Below the pieces are notes generated by a model. It did not search any database. It was given only the letters and a program-made list of their open reading frames with translations, and had not been told where the DNA came from. Of a stretch of DNA of 64,000 nucleotides, positions 56,610 through 64,000 are shown piece by piece. The position numbers and the translations under genes are program-made. This DNA comes from Zancudomyces culisetae HAW-14-8 (Eukaryota; Fungi; Kickxellomycota): assembly GCA_052426225.1 (NCBI GenBank), contig JBNJNM010000006.1:1426001-1490000 (forward strand), in the 5' to 3' direction. The number at the start of each line of letters is the position of its first letter. Within the stretch, counting starts at the first letter, position 1.

Positions 56610-59230
56610 ATTTCAATATTAACATTATATTTAAATACATATAATGACGATTTTGTTGTTATAATTTATAATATATAATTATCCTTTAAAATCTCTTTAA
56701 AAAATAATCAACGATTCTAGTAAATAAAAATCTAATTAAAATATTCATTTTGACACACATTTCTCACGTTTTGTTTGTTCATCGTTTCTATTGCATAAAT
56801 ACAAAACTATGAAAATTTGTCAAGCAAAAGCCTATCAATCATAATTTAAATCTAATGTTCATTGTACTTCTAATAACATATCCCCAAACTCCAGTTAGAT
56901 CATGTGTTCCGATATCCTCAGCTCTCCTTTGTCCCACTTTAGTATGCTGTCAATCTCGGGTAAAATATATATAATGTGATATTAGGGTTTCAGGTTATGT
57001 TATTGCCAGATTGTAGTGTTCTTATCGACTTTTCATAACATATACTTCTTTATTAATTCTAAAATACGTTGTAAACGTTTTTCCATTTGTAAACTAATAA
57101 TAATCTCGATTGTCATTTATTCTCTTGTTATATTTAGTACACATCAAACTTGCGTTATGAAAAACATAAATTTAATAATTGGGAATCAAATAAATACTGA
57201 CTAAATTGTTTACGAGATACATGGTTTAATTGGGAGAATTTCTACAATATATTATTAATATTTTAGATAGAATTATCTGATATTAGCTTGGTTATAGCTA
57301 ATCAAATCTACGTTATAATTAATATTTATTAAAAATACGTACCTAGTAGATATTTGGCAATGTCTATTCCTCTATACACTTGTAAATTAGATTAGAAATA
57401 GTATAAGAAAAGTCGTTTACATAAACTGAGTGCACTATTTAATAGTTGTGACTTTTCTAATATCTACCAAATACTAACCTAATAATATTATCGTCATATT
57501 CGTAATCTGGTATTATAACATATTCATGCTTGCAAAAAAGTAAAAGTTAGTGGTTATAGCAATTATATTGTACTGAGAACATTTTACTATATTTTAGAAT
57601 CTTTATAATTGAATAGTGCGTTATCTGCCCTATTGCTATAATTATAATTCTTGATGTTTTAATCCACAAATTAAATTACAACTCTATTTAAATAGCCACA
57701 AGAATATAATTTAGGACCTGTGCACATTTTAAACAGCACATTGCAATTTATTGAATTAAAAGGTTAAGGTTGAAGGTTAATAATTGAATTTATATCATAT
57801 CAACTGTAGATATGTAAAGTCTAGACTATCAGAAATTCTCAATTAATATCAGAACTCTATAACAATAATAATTATTTATAGAATATTTAGTTTAAGTTGC
57901 ATTTTATTAATTTTTCTATATACATAGTACTCATAGTTTGTATAATCTCCAATACTCCGATTGATACGGCAGTCTTGTGAGTAATATAGGTTTGAATTTA
58001 ATTAACTAGTAATTTTTGTCTATTTGATGATTTTCTATAAACACTTTATAACCAAGCATTGTGATTATAGGCAAATGCCAATTACCTAGTCACATTAACT
58101 AGAGTATGGTGTTATTAACTTTAAGGTATAAAAGTTTTACTGGAAACAATAGTTGCTATGTATTTTTTTGTATGTTCATTCATTGTTGATTAGCACCAGT
58201 AAAAAAATTGCTAATTAATACCTGAATTTTCAGATATAACCAAAAATGTAGTAAATCATACGTTTTTAGACACTATAGCGTCTAGAATGTATAGTTGTTA
58301 CATTTGTATTTTTCCATAGGGTTGATTCGAGCCAAACCAAATGGCAATGCTAAATACAGAAAATAGACTTTCAAGAGTCTAGTTGCGATTATCCCACCAA
58401 TTCCCTGAATATTTTAGCCGCAAGTTGCTAGTGATAATCTCGATTAGGTTGGGCGTGCTGTACTAGTAAATGTTTAAAGATTCTAAATCTGCAAACTCAG
58501 CCAATCTAGACTTAATCAAATAAAAAGCGTGGTTTTCTATTAGGCGCTTCCAGCATAGTAATGTATATTTGAGTAGTAATAACATTGTGGAAACTAACTG
58601 TAATTGTTGTAAGCTAGTATGATCGAAGATTTGAAACAATTTTAATCTTACAAATATAGAGGTTCATATGAACCTCTATACTAGTTCCTCATAAATAACT
58701 ATTTAACAATACAGTAAACATAGACCAAGGAAACAATCAAAAATAGTACTACATGCGAATGGCCCGACACACAAAATAGTGATTTGACCTAAACTCAACT
58801 CAGTTCAGCTTCAATAGACTAGTCTTATTATATTCTTTTATTTATGGTATACAGTTTGTGAAAATATTTCAAAAAAGTAAGGTGGAATACGATATGTACA
58901 CTTGTATTAAGCGAAATTACAGAAGCGGTCAAAGCTGGGATCACAAAAATAGTAGTAAGTTTTGGTAGATAGGGGGAATAAGAGTTGGAGGTGTCGAGTA
59001 ATAAAAAAACCAGATCCACAAAATTGGATAACTAGACTAGAATTAGAAATTATTTGTGGTTTAGATAAAATAAAAATCAAGTAAAAATATTGACTGGGTC
59101 AGTTCCAAAAGTATTACACTAAGCGTGATTAATACCTTTGGATTTAACTATATGAAAGACATGGTTTAGGTTGATGTATTTATCCGAAATCAAAATTTTC
59201 TTTCATTTGCTTTGACGACGTTTGAAATTC

Positions 59231-59809
59231 TTATGGGCCTCCTCCACTTCCGCCATCACCTCCTCCACTTCCACCATCACTTCCACCATCACCTCCTCCA
59301 TCACTTCCGCCATCACCTCCTCCACTTCCGCCATCGCCTCCTCCACTTCCACCATCGCCTCCTCCACTTCCACCATCACCTCCACCATCACCTCCTCCAT
59401 CACCTCCTCCATCACCTCCTCCATCACCTCCTCCACTTCCACCATCGCCTCCATCATCACCTCCTCCACCTGTAGTAGTGGTAGTAGTGCTAGTAGTAGT
59501 GGTAGTGGTAGTAGGTTGTGGATTCTCCGTTGTGGTATCTATAGATGTGTACATTTTATATCCAGCTCCACTGCCGTTTGAGTAATTTGCATTGTCATTG
59601 TATTGTGACTGCGAATGCACACCATATCCATTATTTCCGACATCGCGCATTTTGTAATGGTTGTATCCAGCACTACCACGTCTTTTGAGTTGCGCACCAA
59701 AGTTGTGAGCTCCATTTATTTCACCTGGGATGTGCATGCTATTTGCGCAAGCAATATAGAACAATGTGGTTATAACCAACTTTCCGATTGTCAATTTTAG
59801 TACTGCCAT
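59231..59809 (-). CDS. Secreted low-complexity protein with poly-Thr linker and (GGGD/GGS)n tail
   Basis: Hydrophobic N-terminus ending ACA; KRR dibasic site; T-rich run; Gly/Asp repeats; TATAAA about 100 bp upstream. Confidence 0.8.
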   Translation of the reverse strand: MAVLKLTIGKLVITTLFYIACANSMHIPGEINGAHNFGAQLKRRGSAGYNHYKMRDVGNNGYGVHSQSQYNDNANYSNGSGAGYKMYTSIDTTTENPQPTTTTTTTSTTTTTTGGGGDDGGDGGSGGGDGGGDGGGDGGGDGGGDGGSGGGDGGSGGGDGGSGGGDGGSDGGGDGGSDGGSGGGDGGSGGGP

Positions 59810-60982
59810 CTTTTGTTATTTCGTTTATTAAGTTTGTTATGCAGTTTACACTAGCTTATAAAACAGTTGAGAGTGAGTAAACATGTCAGTGAGAAGCTGA
59901 AAGTACGGGTATTTATACATATTTTTAGATATTGGCTGAAATACTATATCGGCACTAATAGAGTGATATAACACTATTAGCTTGTACCATTTGTAGCTCT
60001 ATCCATCTTTCTCATGGCTATGCTGCGGCTACTCATCATCCATCACAGTATGACACATATTTACAGATACTTGTTTCTCAAACTATCATGTTCAAGAATG
60101 TTGGCAGTGCAATGGGCTGAGGTCTTCAACTGGCGGTACATATGAACATTTATTCATTTTATGACGCTCTAAACAAACTTGTGATTGATGACCATCTGAT
60201 TCAAAACTACACAGAAGCAGATATAGTTGTGTGAATCACCGTTATTATGTAATGTGATTTAAAACTTGAAGGTAAATGGCGTTCGGATGTTTAAAATCAT
60301 GAGTGTCGAGGTGTGAAGAGCAGATATTACTACTCCATCTTCAGTGGCGTTTCTATGATTGTTTAAATGACTAATTCAGAAGACGTTCGATTCATTATTA
60401 TTATTCTTACTTCTGTTTTTTTAAAAGTTATTAGTTTCCGGTGTTAAATACATGTTGAGCTATATTCACGGTTATTGTAGAAATTAACAGAAAAGCGTCA
60501 GGTTGCAAAATTTGATAAGCCAAGTCTAGGCACGACAGAGCTCAGAATCAACTGTTTTACACAATGTATTCTTGAAACTAGCAAAAGTCAAGCTGCAAAT
60601 TCCAGTATTCAATGGTTGTATTATTGCGATAATCCTGGTGAATATTAAACAATGTATCGAGAGGGTTTTTTTCATTTCAATGTTTTTACTATATTCACTT
60701 GGGATGTTTGTTTGATTTTACTACAAGGAATGGAAACTAGTATTCACATTATTGATACCATGGTAATTATTATGCAAAATTGTCATTGACTCCAAAGTAT
60801 TGGATATCGGAATATAACGCGGATAAAGTTGTGTATTGTTTAAATGCCTATAAATTGTTTTCTTTTTCGGTAGCATTTATTGAGAAATGTGGTTTTTCCC
60901 ATCTCATAAACTCAAATTTTATATTTTAGCATTTTTATTATAGACTGAATATTGAGAAATTAAAACAAACAAAGCTAGGACT

Positions 60983-62222
60983 TTAAAGTTTGGGGGCAAA
61001 GGAAGCACCGCCATCAACAACAATCACAGCTCCACAGACATAGTTTGATGCCTTTGATGACAAGTATATGCATACTGCTGCCATGTCTGATGGAATTCCT
61101 ATTCTACCCACTGGAACATTCTTTACTAGTTGGTCACCAAACTTTTTAAGTGTTTCCGCCATCATTTTGGATTCAAATGAACCAGGTGCAACTGCATTTA
61201 CAAGAATGTTGCGAGGTGCTAGGAAGTTGGCCATCCCCCGTGTCATATGGTGGAGCCCAGCCTTGGATGCACCGTATGCGTATGTCTCATGTCTCGAGAC
61301 TCTGATTCCATCAATTGACCCAATATTTATTATTCTAGATGGATCATCCTTGGTCGCTTTTTTCTCCAGAAGTGGTGTCAGCCTATAATGTTACACGATT
61401 TACAAAATAAATTAGACAGTTTGTTTTAGTTATGGCGTCTCGTAGTTTTGGCCACATATTCTTGTAATTGTATGTAAAACCTAGACAGATTCTTACCCTT
61501 GTGAAAGATAAAAAATATGTGTTAGATTCAGGTTCAACACCTTTTCGAAACCTGACTCTGGGTACTGGCTAAATGGAGCTGCCCAGTTAGCACCTGCATT
61601 GTTAATCACCACATCAATTCCTTCTGGTTCTCTTTTTTCCATTTCTGAGACGAGGTGCTTGATTCCCTGCTTTTTAGACAAATCGGCTGGAACCGAAATA
61701 CATGTCCCTGGACCAACTTTTGTAAGCGACTCAGCTACTTTGTCACACACATCGGCACTTCGGCTGCTAATATATACTTTTGCACCATTTGAAACAAAGC
61801 CCTAAAAATGTAGGTGTTTATATTTATTCACCATTTTGTTGCAAAAACTTGTGTATACAAGCACACAATACTCAAAGAGCAGGTTAGATTCGACAGAATA
61901 TCCAGCAAAAAGTTCAAATACAGAAAAGTCAAATACTTTGTTATATTTTCAGCTGTAACTTACCTCGGCTATCATAAGTCCGATACTAAAAACGTAAAAG
62001 AGTTGTAAATTAGTTTAAATCGTAGCTACAGTGCTATATTCGCATATTTATTTGCCTGTTCTTGTATTGTTTAATGGGTAACCAATTTATAGCATATTGC
62101 AATTTCATAGTGAAAAAATGTTAAGTACCACAGAATACTTACCCACGCGAGCCACCAGTAACCAGCACAACTTTTCCTTTAACGCCAAAAAGATTGTTTA
62201 CGTTCATAGCAGAAGCAGCCAT
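60983..62222 (-). CDS. Classical short-chain dehydrogenase/reductase (RhlG/FabG-like); 4 exons: 62222-62143, 61985-61964, 61801-61497, 61382-60983
   Basis: Splicing at GT-AG joins TGGSRGIG; also NNAG, GSIDG, YGASK, VNAVAPG, VDGG. Confidence 0.92.
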
Positions 62223-62379
62223 TGTAACTAAGGTTGAGTTTGAATTGGAATAGTTTTTCGATCTAACACGCTATCTATTGCAAGTTATTGAACCTTAAAT
62301 AAGAACGAATACAAGATTCAAGAGTGAAGAGTCGGGCAGAGGTTAAGTTTAAATACTTTTATTTTCATGCGTAAACACA

Positions 62380-62428
62380 AAACATGAAATCGGCTCCAGA
62401 ACATGAAATTGGCTCCAGAACATGAAAT
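62380..62428. repeat. 19-bp tandem repeat (2.5 copies) upstream of the SDR gene
   Basis: ACATGAAATYGGCTCCAGA x2 plus ACATGAAAT. Confidence 0.85.
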
Positions 62429-62505
62429 AATTATTTTTTTCACGAGTATTTCCGAAACAAAAATTAACGAAAAAAAATGCCGATTTTGTATTGTGTGTAT
62501 CCATT

Positions 62506-64000
62506 TGTCGCATCCTAAGTTCCGCATGACTCAGAAAATAATCGAAAAGATAAACAAACCAAGGGTTTTCTCAATCAAAAAGAAAAAGACATAGTATATA
62601 TAAACCGACAAAGGTCAAAACGAAGGAGGGGGGCGGGGCGATTAATTATTACTTTTTATTTATCCAAGATATATTTTAGTATTAAGTTATTAACAGTTTT
62701 AAAAAACAAGAACAGTAGAAAATTCGGAAAAAGTACAAAAAAATCATAAAATAAAGAAAAGATTGAGAAAAGATAAGGATAACTGAACTTGGGAAATTTG
62801 ATGAGTCGATACGTAAATTATCTCAAGCATACGTACGCGACAAATTTGGTAGCACCACCTAGTTCAGAAGATCCCGACAGTTCAGATAACTCAGACAGAG
62901 TTGACAGATCAGATTATTCAGATAGCTCAGACAGAGTTGACAGATCAGATTATTCAGATAACACAAATAACCAAGATAGGTTCAAAGAAACAAGTTTAAC
63001 AGACAGTTTAAGTAGATTAGATTTAACAGATAAACCAGATAACTTAGAAGAAATAAAAAGATTAAAACCAGACACAAGACAACACACCAAAAGCAATATG
63101 TCCTTCCAAACAAACAGCCAAATAGTATTCACTGAAGAACAGTTTAAAAACCTGTTAGCGACTATTCAAGAATCAAGAGTGGAAAAGAGAACATCACAGG
63201 TAAACCTACCCTATTTCGAGGGTCGTCCTTCAGAGAACATTGAACAGTGGTTATTTCAGTTCAAAATATGGAGACGTAACAGCGGAGAATTGGATGATAA
63301 ACGACTGATAACCACAGCAGCAGGATGCTTAAGAAAAAACGCTCTAGCGTGGTTTCAATCTTGGATAAGTGAGGATAAAGAAGATACTAAATGGAGTAAT
63401 TGGAATAGCTTTGAGACGGCATTAACAATGAGGTTCAAAAACCCACAACGAACTCAAAAACTCAGAGATAGACTGCATTACCTAAGACAAACCGGATCGG
63501 TGATACAATATTCCGAGGAATTTCTCAACCTTAAAACATTGATAGGAGATGTATCAGAAACCGAAGCCTTAGACCGATATATCAGAAATTTAAGGACAAA
63601 AATTAGAGCAGACGTGAGAGCAAAGGAGCCCAAAACGCTAGACGAAGCAATGAGGTTAGCCGAGTTATACGACTCTAACGCACCAGTATGGAATTCCAGC
63701 CCTAGGGGAACATCGTTTACGCAACCCCGCGAAACGTATTTCAAACCAGACCCACCAAGTTGGAAACCGAGACAACAACCAGAGCCAATGGAAGTGGACA
63801 CGATTTCATACCACAGAAAAATACAAGAAAAGCAAGATTGTTTAAAAAAAGGATTATGTTTTCATTGTAAGAAACACGGACACCGAGCACACGAATTCCC
63901 AGAAAGAAAAGAGAATGGAAACCAAAAAAAAGTAACAGGGGACCACTAAGAGTCAACAGTGGTTCCCCGTCAAATTCATTAACCACCAATTATCAAACTA
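62506..64000 (+). mobile_element. Ty3/gypsy element F, 5' end (LTR 62506-62842; initiator-Met-type PBS TGGTAGCACCACC at 62847)
   Basis: TGTCGC...GCGACA termini; PBS; gag ORF. Confidence 0.88.
62800..63949 (+). CDS. Element F Gag (ATG inside LTR; 36-bp tandem repeat ~62882-62961; knuckle's last Cys replaced by Phe)
   Basis: LPYFEG, WLFQF, LRQTGSV..YSEEF, PMEVD, CFHCKKHGHRAHEF. Confidence 0.9.

Noticed and set aside
59203-59581. Poly-His, poly-Ser/Thr and Glu/Val/Met ORFs
   Set aside because: Alternative frames of the Gly-rich repeat; only 59231-59809 has a signal peptide and TATA box

Overview
AT-rich eukaryotic DNA with spliceosomal GT-AG introns. It is probably an early-diverging fungus, but that is inference only. 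About 75% of the window is transposable elements, organised around four tRNA genes: Ile-AAT, Leu-CAA, Phe-GAA and Val-AAC. A clade of chromodomain-less Ty3/gypsy elements (A, B, C, tandem D and many solo LTRs) has inserted repeatedly only 5-9 bp upstream of the mature tRNA 5' ends, with 4-bp TSDs. The same tetranucleotide was reused to build stacks of LTRs, and one insertion split a Phe-Leu dimeric tRNA gene. One sub-family (A/C) encodes ~117 codons of a conserved Ser-rich Gag extension inside the LTR itself, so solo LTRs carry an ORF. The downstream side of the tRNA genes carries an unrecognised ~400-bp repeat starting TAACGG and a DIRS-type tyrosine-recombinase retroelement joined at the TAA. 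Also present: a self-priming (Tf1-like) chromovirus nested in element A, a Tc1 transposon, the start of a further Ty3/gypsy element, and three host genes (an unknown 320-aa protein, a secreted Gly/Asp-rich protein and a 4-exon SDR oxidoreductase).
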